Shown: positions 36,180-51,684, numbered from the stretch's first letter. The stretch is DNA of 64,000 bases from Octopus sinensis (GCF_006345805.1 NC_043014.1:26164001-26228000); one strand, 5' to 3'. Numbers and translations: made by a program. Notes: generated from the sequence alone by a model not told the origin.

Positions 36180-37330
36180 CTAGAAGATCAGAAAATGCAT
36201 GAACTGAAATAAGCAGTTCGAGGAGAAGAGATTGTTAAAAATATACCAAAGAAATTCTTCCGAACGTTAGAAGGAGACAATGGGGAAAATGTTGCTCCTG
36301 ATGCAAATCAAGCCAAGGAGTCCTGCAGCGGATTATGGGGAAACAATGTGGTGCATAAAAGGGATGCAATGTGGATAAGCAGTATCAAGACAGAATTACA
36401 AAGAGGAAAGAAACGAAGGAATATTGTCATAAGCACGGGTGATGTGAAAGAACAAGTGGGTTAAGCCCCCGGTCCAGACGGTATTCATGGCTTTTGGCTG
36501 AAGATATGCCACGTGGTGCGTGAAAGAGTAGTAGCCCGATTGAATGAGTGTGTACAGAAAGGTACAGGTCCCCGCGCAGATTGTGACTGGGAGGACAACA
36601 CTTATAACGAAAGACAGGAGAAAGATAAGGGGAATATTGTGGGGAAACTACCGTCCCATAGCATGCCTAAACATAATCAGGAAGATACTACTGGAATATG
36701 TGAGGTGAAGCCATTTTCCTGGCACATGAAGAAATACTACCAATGAAACAAAAATGATGTAGGAAGAGTTCTCAGGGTAACAAGGATCACCTGGTCATCG
36801 ATAAAACAGTTTTGACACATTGTAAAAAAAACATCATACAAACATGTCTATGGCTTGGATTTACTTTAAGAAGGCATATGATATGATGCCTCATTCTTGG
36901 ATCGTTGAATGCCTGCAGGTGTTTGTTTTTGCTCACAAAATCACAAATTTTCTGTTACAGAGCATGAAAGAGTGGAGGACCAAATTGTACTCAAGTAATG
37001 TATCCCTTGGAGAAACTGATATTAAAAGGGGAACCTTCCAATGTGACTCGTTTTCTCCGTTACTTAATTGTAATTTCAATAATACCCATAACAATGAAAC
37101 TTAGGAAAGTTAAGATCGGTTACCGATATGGGGAAAAAAGCCCATCATTGAACCATCTTCTGTTTATGGATGACCTGAAATTGTTTGGGAAATCTGAAAA
37201 ACAGATAGATTCCTAAAAAAAACAAAACAGTCCAGAAGTGTTATAAGGACATCAGTATGGAATTTGGGATTACCAAATGCTCAGTACTTAATATGAAAAG
37301 AGGGAAGAAAGCATCCTGCAAAGGATTTTA
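36180..37330 (+). mobile_element. Decayed RLE-type (R4/Dong-like) LINE RT fragment
   Basis: APGPDGIHGFWLK, MAWIYFKKAYDMMPHSWI, RGTFQCDSFSPLL, NHLLFMDDLKLF. Confidence 0.85.
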
Positions 37331-37332
37331 AT

Positions 37333-37693
37333 AGAAAATGATTGATATGTATAGTGATTTACTGAACGCTATTAATATTGTTTGAAAAAAACGTTATATG
37401 ATTTAACGTCAGAAGTAGTCTATAGAACTATTTTTCATTATTTTTCTAAAAAATCCCCAAGTAAACACGGTTATAGAGCTACATACCGATGTAAACATTG
37501 GCAAAACACACCTTTAGTTCATATAATATCTATCATTATATATAATTTAAACATTAATTTTCTTTTATATTTAACATTCACTAAAAATATCCCTCCTCTT
37601 TCTATAGGCTACTTCTCACTTTATATCATATAAAGTTTTTTCAAACAATATTAATAGCGTTCAGTAAGTCACTATAAATATCAATCATTTTCT
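37333..37693. mobile_element. MITE-like element with ~70 bp TIRs, at the point where the LINE fragment ends
   Basis: agaaaatgattgatatgtatagtgatttactgaacgctattaatattgtttgaaaaaa is reverse-complemented at ~37630-37693. Confidence 0.75.
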
Positions 37694-38010
37694 GTTAAAA
37701 TGTCTTATTGACGAGTTTCGTTTTTTCACTTCCCTGAAGAGAAAATTGCATTGTTTTATATCATTTATTCTTTTGAATAATATCAGTGAAATCTTCGAAA
37801 CATGTTTCGAAAGTAAAAGTATTTGATTTATACCTGCGTTAAACTCCATTTATTCATCTATATATTATACAAAAAATTCCACGTAAACCCGAAGTTTCTA
37901 CCTTTAAAAACAAGGAGTTACAACCTCTTTACTTGTGCGATTTTTTGCTACCCTGGTAACTATTTATCTATTTTTTCCGTGTTAATTGTTAACAAGGAGA
38001 AAATACACTC

Positions 38011-38105
<95 letters not shown>

Positions 38106-38130
38106 AATCTATATATATATATATATATAT

Positions 38131-38777
38131 ATAATATAAATTAGAGATAAAACAACTATAATGCAACTCAAACAGTGATAGACATAAACCAATACATAAA
38201 TATATATAACATAAATTAGAGATAAAACAACTGGAATGCAACTCAAACAGTGATAGACATAAACCAATACATAAATAACCATATATATAATTTTTAAAAA
38301 TATATAACTTGTAACTAGATCTCAAAAAGTATAAAATGAATGATAAAAACGTAACGTAATATAATATGCAAAAACACTACTAAGTTTCATGGCTACAATT
38401 AAATTCGAATTACAATTAAGTTCAAATTCAATTGAAATTAATTCGATTTAAAATTATAGTCAATCGTCAGGTTAATGATAATAGTTAAATAAATAAGCAA
38501 ATAGAGTTAAACTATATTTATTTAAGAAATAAATAATAATTTTTCTTATAGAAAAAACTCCATTAACTAAATTATAAACTTAAAACATTAGGATTATTTC
38601 CTACAACGCATTTATTATATTAAATATTTAATTTTTAATTTTTAAGGTAAAAAATAGATAGAAATATGTATTTATCTTTGAAGATATAATTTGGCCTTAA
38701 ATGATATAATAAACTCTCGAATATCTTTAATTCAGTTATACTCCAATATTTAATTACCAAATTATTTAACAAAATAA
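38131..38777. repeat. Left arm of ~650 bp inverted repeat (partner 42580-43180)
   Basis: Reverse-complement match along its length; terminal ~75 bp tandemly duplicated. Confidence 0.85.
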
Positions 38778-40785
38778 TCTCTATATATAAAACTGAAATG
38801 CGTTTTTACCTCTTGGATCGCTTTCAAGGCCACTACATCCCGTCCGATTCACTCCAAAATTTACAGGGACATGTAAAATGAGGTGATGATACCCGTGGAC
38901 TACCTTAGAAACCCATATCTTAAAAAGTGTGGTTACTAGGACCAAAAACCCACTTTGACAAGTCCACTCACGTTCTTTAATGTATCTGTCTTCCTCAACT
39001 CACTCTCGCTATTTCCTCTCTTCCCAGCACTTTTTCACTCACTCTATTTCCTACATTCCCATTACTTTCACTTTGTCAAACGGCGTTCTTTTATGTATCT
39101 GTCTGCATTCATAGAGAGAATTACCATCGCCACTACCAACACCAATCATGACAACAAATATTATGAATCTCGCCATCGCTTTCTATTGTCTGCCTGTCAA
39201 CGCGCCGATCGAGCAAATACAAACAGAACACACCAGCGAGAGTTCGTGTTCTGGTGATAACGTAGGCTTTTCGTATCTATTACATTTTAACATTTATTTA
39301 GAGCCCTGCAAATTTTTCGTGCTACATTTTCATTTTTTACTACTTTATTATTTTTTCTTAAATTGATGCTTTTATTAAAATTAATTCTTATTGTCTGGGT
39401 CAACAGTTCGTTTCCTCGGAGGATATGGCAATTCCTATTACCCGTCAGAGAAATAACTCCAGCAGCTCACAACTATTTCAACAAAGACAAGGTTACCTGC
39501 TTACCAGTCGAATTCAGCGTCAACGCTCACGTATGAGAGAGACTCCAACACACACACACATATATATACATATATATATATATATATAATGTGTGCATTA
39601 TGTGGTCGGTTGAGATGAAAATATGCACACCTATGTTAAAAGTGCTTGCAAGTTTGAATGACAAGTATTTTTTTTCCTCAAATGAAACGCGTGACCTCTA
39701 GAACAAAATTCCTCATCTTATCAAATGTGGCCCCAGTAGACCCGAATGAAATCGGGTTATATTAACCAAAATGTGAAAAGGGGTCTAAATGGGTCTGGAA
39801 GGGGATTAAAATTTAAAGGAGCGAGTGTTTAGGAATTCTCTGTTACATCAAGCTAAAAAATTTGCGCCAGCCTTTTAATCGTCAATGTGTTGCCGTCCAT
39901 GATGAAGAAGTTTTCAATGCTTGCCATGGTGCGTCTACTGTCGTGAGAAAGAATCACTTCAAAACTTGGTATTTGGGGATTTTCTTTTACATCAAGTTCA
40001 AAATTTTACGCCAGCCGTTAAACTGTCAAAACGTTGCTGTCCGTCGTTAAGAAATGCCAGCCATGGTGACTCTACTATCATCACATTCTATCCCTTCAAA
40101 CTTTGGTTTCCAATATTTTATTATTTTTATTCAGCTCCCAAGTTCGTATGTCCCTTTTAAATGTTAGTGTTTTGCTGTCTGCCTTGAAGCAGACCTTTCT
40201 GTTGTTACTGCCTGATATTTATGATTGATCTTTCTAAATATTTTATTTCTCAACTTACTCAAGATCTTTTGCTGTTTATAAATGGGAGAGAGATAGATAA
40301 AGACTGAGAGTAAGAGAAAGCGAGGGAGAGTCCGAGAGAAAGGAAGAGTAAGAGAGTGGGGAAAGTGAGAGAGAAAGGAGAGAGAAACAAAGACGGAGAA
40401 TCATCATCATCATCATCATCATCGTTTAACGTCCGTTTTCCGTGCTAGCACGGGTTGGACAGTTTGACCGGGGTCTGGGAAGCCAGGAGGCTGCACCAGG
40501 CTCCAGTCTGATTTGGCAGTGTTTCTACATCTGGATGCCCTTCCTAACACCAACCACTCTGTGAGTGTAGTTGGTTCCTTTTTTCGTGCCGCCGGTACAG
40601 GTGCCAGGGGGGCTGGCAGCGGCCACGATCGGTTGGTGCTTTTTACGTGCCACCGGCACAGAAGCCAGTCAACGTGGTGCTGCAATCGGCCACGTTCGGA
40701 TGGTACTTTTTACGTGCTGAAAGGAAGCAACAGAAAGTAACAACCACACTCTTACCCGCGGGTAGAGCGGGTCACCTTCAGTTAG
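38778..40785 (+). mobile_element. Non-autonomous Helitron unit 1
   Basis: A|TCTCTATATATAAAACTG 5' end; ACCCGC..GCGGGT hairpin followed by TTAG at the 3' end. Confidence 0.8.
40400..40718 (-). mobile_element. Short retroposon with (GAT)n tail (RTE-type 3' end) inserted in Helitron unit 1
   Basis: Absent from unit 2; ends CCAACCCGTGCTAGCACGGAAAACGGACGTTAAAC(GAT)n. Confidence 0.7.
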
Positions 40786-42353
<1,568 letters not shown>

Positions 42354-42579
42354 TCACTATTAATATTTTTACATTTATAATATTTATAATATTTATGTAA
42401 GTAATAATGGACTAATTAATTTATATATTTTTGGTTATATGTCTATATATTTATTGATAGAGAAAATTTTAGATTTTTAATTACTATATTTGTTAATTAT
42501 AATTTAGATACTTATTTTTATGTATTTATTATTTTATAATTATTAGATGTGATCTTAAATCTAGAAATTAAATCTAGTA

Positions 42580-43046
42580 ATTATTTTGTTAAATTATTTG
42601 GTAATTGAATATTGGAGTTAAAGATATTCGAAAGTTTATTATATCATTTAAATCCAAATTATATCTTCAAAGATAAATACATATTTCTATTTTTTTTGCC
42701 TTAAAAATTAAAAATTAAATATATAACATAATAAATGTGTTGTAGGAAATAATCCTAATGTTTTAAATTTATAATTTAATTAATGGAGTTTTCTATAAGA
42801 AAAAATATTATTTATGTATTTCTTAAATAAATTTATTTTAACTCCATTTGCTTATTTATTTAACTATTATCATTAACCTGAAGATTGACTATAATTTTAA
42901 ATCGAATTTATTTCGATTGAATCTAAGCTTAATTGTAATTCGAATTTAATTGTAGCCATGAAACGTACGTAGTGTTTTTACATATATTATATTTTTATAA
43001 TTCATTTTATACTTTTTGAGATCTAGTTACAAGTTATATATTTAAA

Positions 43047-43089
<43 letters not shown>

Positions 43090-43240
43090 TTATATATGTA
43101 TTGGTTTATGTCTATCACTGATTGAGTTGCATATACCAGTGGTTTTATCTCTAATTTATATTTTATATATTTATACTGTGAAATTTGATTTATACTAAAT
43201 TGAATTTTCCTCTGTAAGTTTGGAGTTATACTCCCTAATA
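42580..43240. repeat. Right arm of the large inverted repeat (AT-rich, PLE-like family)
   Basis: See 38131-38777 and 2025-2790. Confidence 0.85.
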
Positions 43241-43350
43241 TTATATATATATATAAATGCAGGTGCAAGTGAGGTTGCGTGTTGAGAAGCTTGCATCCCA
43301 ACAACACGGTTTCGGGTTCAACACAAGCACAGGTACACACACAAGCACAG

Positions 43351-43398
<48 letters not shown>

Positions 43399-43575
43399 GT
43401 ACAAAAGCTCATACCCTATTTTCTAATCAGTTTTACTAATATGGCTGTAAGCAGTCTGAGGCAGCGCCTTGAAGGAAGCAGTCGATCGTAGCGGCCTCAA
43501 TATTTATTCTCCCATATCTTCTGTCCGTCTGCGAATTTAAATTGACAGAAACAAATTAGAAAACAGTGTATGTGC

Positions 43576-43610
<35 letters not shown>

Positions 43611-43655
43611 TGTGCGTGTATGTATGTAAGTATGTATGTATGTATGTATATATAT

Positions 43656-43687
<32 letters not shown>

Positions 43688-43751
43688 ATTTTAACATAAT
43701 GAGATAAAAATGTAAGGCTGTGAAAGATTTCAGAACATTTATAAATAGAAG

Positions 43752-43799
43752 GTCTTATAGCTGTTTCCGGGATATTTTATATATCCCTTCATCGGAGAC
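43752..43799 (-). ncRNA. Minimal hammerhead-like motif (U4C variant)
   Basis: GTCT-CCGATGA-A-GGGATAT(ATAAA)ATATCCC-G-GAA-ACAGCTAT-A-AGAC. Confidence 0.55.
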
Positions 43800-44089
43800 A
43801 GTGTGAGAAAATGGTTAAGCAATAGTTATTCTAGATAAGATATGAAATAGAAAGTGCAGTGGAAGAATGAAAATAGACGTGAGGTATGCAGGGATATTGT
43901 ATCTGCAGTTCCATTATTTAGGCAGAATGGTATACATATAAGATTCCTGTATCTTGTGAGCAAGTTCCAATAGTATTTAGAATTGGTCATTCCAAATATA
44001 GAGTTTGTAAATGGTGTTATTGAATCGATGGTTGCATTGGCTCGTGATATAATTCAACAAAGAGGGCACTCCCTCTAGTGAGAATCAAA

Positions 44090-44255
44090 TATTTCTGTTT
44101 AAGGATCACAATACATATCTTCGGGCGCTACTAATAGTTTCAGGTGTCTGAAATTCAATACACGTTTTTTCAGGAGCCTGAAAAACCTGTTTGAATTAAT
44201 AGTGAAATTATTAGTTACACCCAAAGATATGTATTATGATCCTTAAATAGCAATA
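44090..44255. repeat. ~165 bp imperfect fold-back palindrome
   Basis: tttaaggatcacaatacatatcttcgggcg pairs with cacccaaagatatgtattatgatccttaaa; central tttttcagg-ag-cctgaaaaa. Confidence 0.75.
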
Positions 44256-44639
44256 TATATATATATATGCACATATTTGTGTGTGTGGGCGTGTGGGTAT
44301 AAATGAGTGCTCTTTCGACATTTAGTTATATATATATATATGTATGTATATAAATTAGAGAAGAACCACCATGTAGCAATTCAACAATGATATAATTAAA
44401 TCATACCTTATAGAAAAGAATTAAATATACGATGAAACATTTACCTACAACTAAATAAAGTACAAAATAATAAATAAGGATGTTTACATTGTGCTTCTTT
44501 AAAATATCATAAACGCTTACTTGTTTAAGCATTAATCTGGAGTCCAATTTCTTGACCCAGCACTCATAGCCATGGTTTTCCTCAAAGTAGTTAATCTTGA
44601 TATTTATGCTAGGTCTGCCACTACACATCGAAGGTACTC

Positions 44640-45651
44640 GGGCATTCCTTTCACTCCTGATACATCCACATTTATAATACAGTCCCACTCACCTTTTCCT
44701 TAACCTCCACGGGTAGTGGAGCATCAGCCGCTTTCTCATTCTCTCGTCTCTCCTTAGCTTTCACAAGTGGTGAAGAACAACCCGCTCTAATGTGGACATT
44801 TAGGCCACATTTATAGCACCGAGGAATCCACCCTTCCCCTCTGACTTTCAGTGTTGCGTTTCCGGCTGTAATTGTCTCTACCGTATTTGCGATAACTTCC
44901 ACTGCAACTTGTACCACTAAATCGAAACTTTGTCCTTGCCAGTTCCTGTGGGATGTTCTGGTGGCCTGGAAGACCACTACCGTCTCCATGCCTAGTAGTT
45001 TGGCAGCTACAAGCCAGGCTGCATTCTCTTCTGGGGGTATGTCTTCTACCCTAAGCCTGGAAGCACGTCTCCCAAAGTATACGGGTAGAAGCGCCACTTC
45101 ATCAGTTTTCAACGGTGTTGCTTAGTGCAGCCTGGCAGTAGCTACCTCCCGAAACCGCACCTCCACTGTTCCAAGTTTTCTACCTCTGGCGAGGTAGGTA
45201 CATCCTTGCCAGATTGGTTTAAGCACCTTTTCTATTTGAACCGTTGACATGACTTCAATCTTCCTGGCTGCTGCCAAGTATGTTCTGTTAATTATGGTTT
45301 TTTTCATTTTTGTTTTTTAACACTTCTTTGGGGGAGAACACCTTCACTTCGTATCCCCCACTTTTAATAATTTTCTTGAACTTGCTTATATTCTCCAGCC
45401 TCACGTCTTCGCTTTTTTCTTTCGTCGTCTTTGCATAATTTTTGGTCTCCATTACTTCATCTATCCTCTTCAGACACTCCACCATTTCTTCCTCAGACGA
45501 CACAATGTCTGAAGAAGAACAATTCAAACTTTCGCAACTCCTCATCCAACGTCCCTCCATTAAACAAGAGGGAAAACGTCGCACCGCTAAGACAGCAAAA
45601 AAAACACGCCTTACTCGCAATACCAACAATTCCATTGACAAACGATAAATC
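44640..45651 (-). mobile_element. Tx1-clade element 3, 5' part only (ORF1 remnant)
   Basis: VLKPIWQGCTYLARGRKLGTVEVRF, LLPVYFGRRASRLRVEDIPP, CYKCGLNVHIRAGC; homologous to element 1 ORF1. Confidence 0.85.
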
Positions 45652-45685
45652 GGAAGCAAGCTTCTTACCACAGTTACGCCTGCGC
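45652..45685 (-). repeat. SINE 5' head remnant abutting Tx1 element 3
   Basis: GCGCAGGCGTAACTGTGGT-AAGAAGCTTGCTTCC. Confidence 0.75.
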
Positions 45686-46544
45686 TCTTAGCCACGCATT
45701 TTTTGTATATGTATAGATAAATAGGTATGTGTATGCTTTTGATTAGTTTAAAGCTTTGAAAACTTGGAAAATAAATAATATTATGAAGTTGCACTAATGT
45801 AAATGGAAGCTATAAATAATAGCTATATAAATATATCCTGGAAGAAGTACTTTTACGTGGAAGGAAATGGACAGTATCTTTTTGGAAAATTAAACCAAGC
45901 AGCTGTATTCGACGGTTGTCTTCAGAGATTCCGCCAATCAAATGTCCAACACGAGGATATAGTGCATGCCCAAAATGCTACACAATTGGATTGGGCCTGC
46001 AACTTTGAAATTACGCGGTTGCAAAACTGATGTTTTAGCCATAAATCAAGGGCTTCTGTCCGTCAGCTGTGACCAACTACCAGCTTATGTATGTGCAGAC
46101 CTGGACAACATTTTTGAAGAAATCTTGCATTTGCCCATACTTGCAAATCTCCTCGCAACACTAGCCTTGTTTATCTAAGAGATAGGCACAGACATCAGCC
46201 GACACAGTTCAGTATGGCACGAGTGTGGCTATCAGAAGGTAAAGATCCAACCATATAAATTTGAAAATCTTTGAAACTATCAGGTGATGTGATTACGCCC
46301 AACCTGGACTTGTCTGTGGCTGACGTCCGGTAGCGATAAAACAGCCGAATGTCACTGTCAATGACATATAGAATTTGAGTGTCTTTCCAGGCATTTAATA
46401 AGCCTGCTGGCTACTTACGACATCAGTGCCTGAAAAGAACCTCAAAGCAAAGTTGTCCTCAGTGCGATTTGAACTCAGAATCTAAAGAGCAGAAATAAGC
46501 ACTGCAAGAACTTCCAGTGACGTCCATCCCCTGTTCTCGCCGCT

Positions 46545-46830
46545 ATTCCTTCATGCTGCTAGGATTTTTTAAGGGTGGAGGGGTACACTCACACCATCAA
46601 AATATGATGGTGTTATTTGCTGATAGCGTTTTACTGAACTAACTGCACATGGTTTTGTTTATAGTAACCATTACAGCACAATGTACGCACTTATCATCAA
46701 AAAATCATTTACCTGTGCTTGTGCACAGTACGCGAGTGTCAGATGCTAAACTGATCGCAGATTTGTGATCAGAGTGACTTTCTCCTAGTCTAGTTGCTCG
46801 AAATCTACAAGCCCCTCGTATGCATGTGTG
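46545..46830 (+). repeat. Segment duplicated at ~54592-54880
   Basis: Direct repeat with scattered substitutions. Confidence 0.85.
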
Positions 46831-46874
46831 TGTGTGTATGTGTGTGTATGTCTATGAGTGTGAGTGTAAATATA

Positions 46875-46940
<66 letters not shown>

Positions 46941-47003
46941 TACATATATATATATATATATATGTGTGTGTGTAAATCCTATTTCTATAGACAAATATAT
47001 TAT

Positions 47004-47277
47004 GAAGGTGTTTATAAGCCCTTTAAGAAACACGCAAAAACCGTTAGATTCACTTCACCATTTAAATTATTTTAACAAGAAGCACGGAATTTTGTCAGTG
47101 AACAGGTCGCGGTCTCAAAGCGACGAAAATATTTTGACAAATTAAATTTAAATGCTGAAGTGAATCTAACGGTTTTTGTGTGTTTCTTAAATGGCTTATA
47201 AACACCTTCCACGCTGCAATTGTTTTCCTTCCAGCACACGATCTCAGATCAGGTCACTTGCTATGCAAGTACATCTC
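47004..47277. mobile_element. 274 bp palindromic insertion with 12 bp TSD and central hammerhead (PLE-derived non-autonomous element)
   Basis: TSD CAAATATATTAT at 46992-47003 and 47278-47289; 65 bp inverted arms (62/65 match); empty site at ~34398-34410. Confidence 0.85.
47091..47141 (+). ncRNA. Minimal type-I hammerhead ribozyme, G3:C8 variant
   Basis: TTTGTCA-GTGAACA-G-GTCGC(GGTCTCAAA)GCGAC-GAA-AATATT-T-TGACAAA: all three stems pair. Confidence 0.75.
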
Positions 47278-50179
47278 CAAATATATTATATTATATACGA
47301 AACAGAATTTAGAAATGTTAACTTATAATAATACACTATATTTAAAGTAAGGAATATAATTAGTAAAGAAGATTTGCTTTATTGAACTTTATAACGGCAT
47401 GCATAATTTTGTTTGTATATTATTGCTGAGCGTAATAATTTAGATTGGTCGTTTTGTTTGAAGTTTATTCTATCTATCTACTGCAATCACGCAAATTTTA
47501 TTTAACGTTCCTAAAAGCGAAAATGCTCTTAACGGTTAACAGAGATTTGCGTTATTTATATTTACCTATATGACAATTTCAAATGGTGTAGCTAGGAACT
47601 TTTTCTTAAATTCTCTTATGAAGCTGTTTCACTAAATAGCTTATATTGATTAATTATTAAAGTATTTAATTATATAATTATAAATGGATATGCTCTTGGT
47701 AAATCAGCTGAAACAAATGTCGGACAGTATATTTATTTATTGATGTCTATATTTTATATAATTTATAAATATAAAAATTTATGAATAAATAATCAATATA
47801 CCATTTTTTCATTGTTAACTTAATTTTATATTCTCTGGACCTATGTACATCATGTATCAAAATAAATGTATTTGTTGGAAATACTATATGTCCTTCGGTC
47901 CTCTTCTGAGACTTATAATATATCTACCTGGAATTATCTCCCAACTTTGATCATTAATCACATATATATATATAGGTCAGTAAAATTTAGATTCAGTTGA
48001 ATATAGTACTTAAGCACCAGAATTTAGTATGGTATTATCCATATAATTCAAAATGGGGTTATCATAATCAAAATAAGCAACAAGGATATCCAGAGGTAAT
48101 GCAGTACGATCGTTTCATGGGACTCCATTTAATTGAACAATGTAAATATTACATTCAATTTTAAAATGTAGAGCAATCTTCAGTTGCATAAAAATATAGG
48201 ATTTAGTTAAATTCGAAGGATTCATTTGTATTATCCAAAATCACAAAGAGGATACGTAGATAGACAAAGAACATGTTTCATCAACAACATCATAATTGTA
48301 ACTGATATTTTTTTCACAGGAAGACACTGCTTATCATTGATTTTATTTTGTTATTCAGATTTACTAATGGGGTGAGGTTTAGTTCTAATTTATAGACTAG
48401 TTTATTAAGTCTAATAGAAACTAGAATAGGGTAAAGAGACAATTTAAGTGGCAGAGTCATAAATCAAGATTTCTTTGAAGTAAAACTATTTGGTTCAGCA
48501 AGAATATATTTCAGCCAAATTTGCAGGCTAAAGCTGATGGGGTAGGGAGAGTAAAACTTATAATGCTTAACTATTTGACAACCATAAGCCCAATGTTATT
48601 TTATATACATAGGTACATTTTAGAGAATTGTTTTCACAAAAAAAAAAATTCAGAATAATTTCAGTATTTTACATAATAGAGGGATGGAGAATATAGAAAT
48701 AATTCCATATTTATATATTTCTATACTAACGTAACATATATTTATAGTTAATTATTAAATAGTAATTTTTGGTATTAATAAGTAAAATTAAAGGAATATG
48801 TTAAAAATTTATATATTTTCTATATGCTAAATAATTTTAGAGCATATTTCTTGTATTATAAAATAAAATAAAAGTTTTATATAGGCTGAGTATGAAAGTT
48901 ATAGAAATATATTATAAATAAAATGATATAGTATGTAAATAAGTAAGAAAATTTGTTTAAAATTAAAGTAAAGAAATGAAAAGGAATATAATGAAAAATA
49001 AATATAAATCTTTGTAGAATGTTATAGAAAAGGGGTAGAACAGATTTGTGTTCTAAAAACTTGTTATAAGATATACCTAGCTTATTTATATTAATAGGTA
49101 AGGTAAGTAGTTAGAAGAAATTTTTTATAATTCTATAATTTTTAGGCTAAAATTTATATTTACTTATAATGAGAATATCTATAAATGACAAGTGTTTAAT
49201 GTCGGGTAAACAGATGTTATTAACAAAGCTTTTATAAAATTATGAGTTTTATTATAGATTTAAGAAAATGCTATTATGAATCTTTATATGTTAATTCATA
49301 ATTATTAATTGGTACTTCTAAAATGTTATTTACTTATTTATTTATAATTTAATTTTATAAAGCTTTCTAATACATGCAAAGATCATGAGGGTAGAGCTGT
49401 TTAAGAGAAATAGAAACCAAGTAACTTAGATATTATTATCTATTTTTATCAGGTTTTAAATATTAATTGAGGAGATTTAGAAGATATTTTAAAGAGGAGA
49501 TTCACAGTAAATAAGGCATTAATTGACTCACATACCCAAATCCTTAAAATACAATGGAAGGAAGGTAACCAAAATGTAATTCTAAAAATGAAAATATAGA
49601 GGAATAGAATTATTTATTTTATGGAAATCCTATATCTTATATTAAGAGTAAAGTATGGTTATATGGAGTATAATAATTCAGGCTTATATAAAGGTAATAT
49701 TTATAATATCAAAAAGGATTAGGTGGAGTAGAATTCTCGCAGATTTAGATGTGAAAATTACCAAATCTTTAAAACTTATTGTGGAGTAAGTATACAACTT
49801 AATAACTTCATTAGATATATAGAATTTATGTAATAATTTTAGAAACTTAAAAACTTTTATTCAACTTTATTTTATTTGCCTATGTTATTAAATTTCTTAA
49901 TACCTAGTGCTGATTAAATAATAAAATATAGCAGGGTAAGCTATTTCCTTATTGATTTAAAAAAAAACATCAAGATCTATAATTCAGGAATAACATAATG
50001 CTATTTTTTTTAAATATTTAAAGATACAGGTAGTACAATGTATACACGATACTCCTAGTTCAAAAGGGTTATTTAATAAGTTTACATTATCCCTGTTTCA
50101 AAATTTCATATATCTTCATGGAGCAAGGCTCACATCCATATCTACTATTTTTATGAGGTTGCGCTTTCCTTACTATGTC

Positions 50180-50276
<97 letters not shown>

Positions 50277-50277
50277 G

Positions 50278-50331
<54 letters not shown>

Positions 50332-50655
50332 TAGAGCACTCAGAGAGTGCAAACCTCCACCAAGGCAACACCAATGTCTTCTCAACCGTTAGCCGGAGAC
50401 GATTTTTAAAATGGCAATATCTGAAATAAACTCCACTAGTCTCAAAAATTAACTAAAAAAAATGTAAAATTAATCCAGAATCTTTGTCAGATACTGGATC
50501 GATCCCAAATTATAATCAGTTTATGCCAGTCACGAGGCCAAACATCCCTGAAAGTTTCATCCAGTGGTTCTTGAGATATCTTGTCCACGGAGAAACAAAC
50601 AAACAAACACGACTGAAAAACAAACAATACTCCCGCCTTCGTCAACGCAGTGGTA
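50332..50655. mobile_element. Helentron/DINE-1-like non-autonomous element beside (CTA)n(ATA)n repeats
   Basis: Begins CTAGAGCACTCAGAGAGTGCAAACCTCCACCAAGG; ends with a degenerate CTCCCGCC..GGTAAT hairpin region. Confidence 0.55.
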
Positions 50656-50925
50656 ATAATAATAATAAGAAGAAATACACACACATATATATATACACTC
50701 ATCCCGCATACACTTACTTTTTTCCCTTTTATTTCCTCCCGATATTTTCCTTACGACAATGCATTTAATGCAAGTCTGAGGAAGTGCCTCTCCAGTGCCA
50801 AAAATCGTAAATATGACGTGATTTTTCTTATAAACTGGAGTTGCAAACGAAGATGGAACGGAAACATTTGTAACTTATAAAGATGTATTAAAGCGTTTTC
50901 TTCGTCTTTTCTTTTCGCTTGTGTG

Positions 50926-51021
<96 letters not shown>

Positions 51022-51263
51022 CATATATACATACATACATACATACATACATACATACATACATACATACATACATACATACATACATACATACATACTG
51101 GTGTGTTTATATCCCCATAACATTGCAGTTCAGTAAAAGAGACCAACGGAATAAATACTTGTCTTAAAAAATTAATTTCTGGATTTGATTTGTTCGACAT
51201 AAACTTTCACGCCAGTGCCTCAGCATGGCTGTAGACAAATGACGATAAAATACACACAAGCAT

Positions 51264-51338
<75 letters not shown>

Positions 51339-51684
51339 ATACACACACACACAAACTACACTACAAAAGCTCATACGCTATTTTCTAATCGGTTTGACTA
51401 ATATAACTGTAAGCATACCGAGGGAGCGCTTTGAAGGGTGCAGTCGATCGTAGCGGCCTCATTATTCATTCTCCTGTATTTTCCGCCGACCTGCGAAGTT
51501 AAGTTGACAGAAACCAATTAGAAAACAGTATATGTGCTTGTGTATTTATATGCGTATGCATATATATATATACACACACATATATACATATATGTGTGTG
51601 TGTGTATGTATAGATAGATAGATATGTATATACATATATGTGTGTGGGGGGTGTATAAATGAGTGCTCTTCATCGTTCGACATT

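Noticed and set aside
45803-46380. Non-repetitive segment with short ORFs as a possible host exon
   Set aside because: All frames are interrupted by stops, with no motif or convincing splice pair.
48310-48460. ND5-like LMGW/RIG fragments suggesting a NUMT
   Set aside because: Spacing does not match ND5 and no continuous mitochondrial frame follows; kept only as an alternative explanation.
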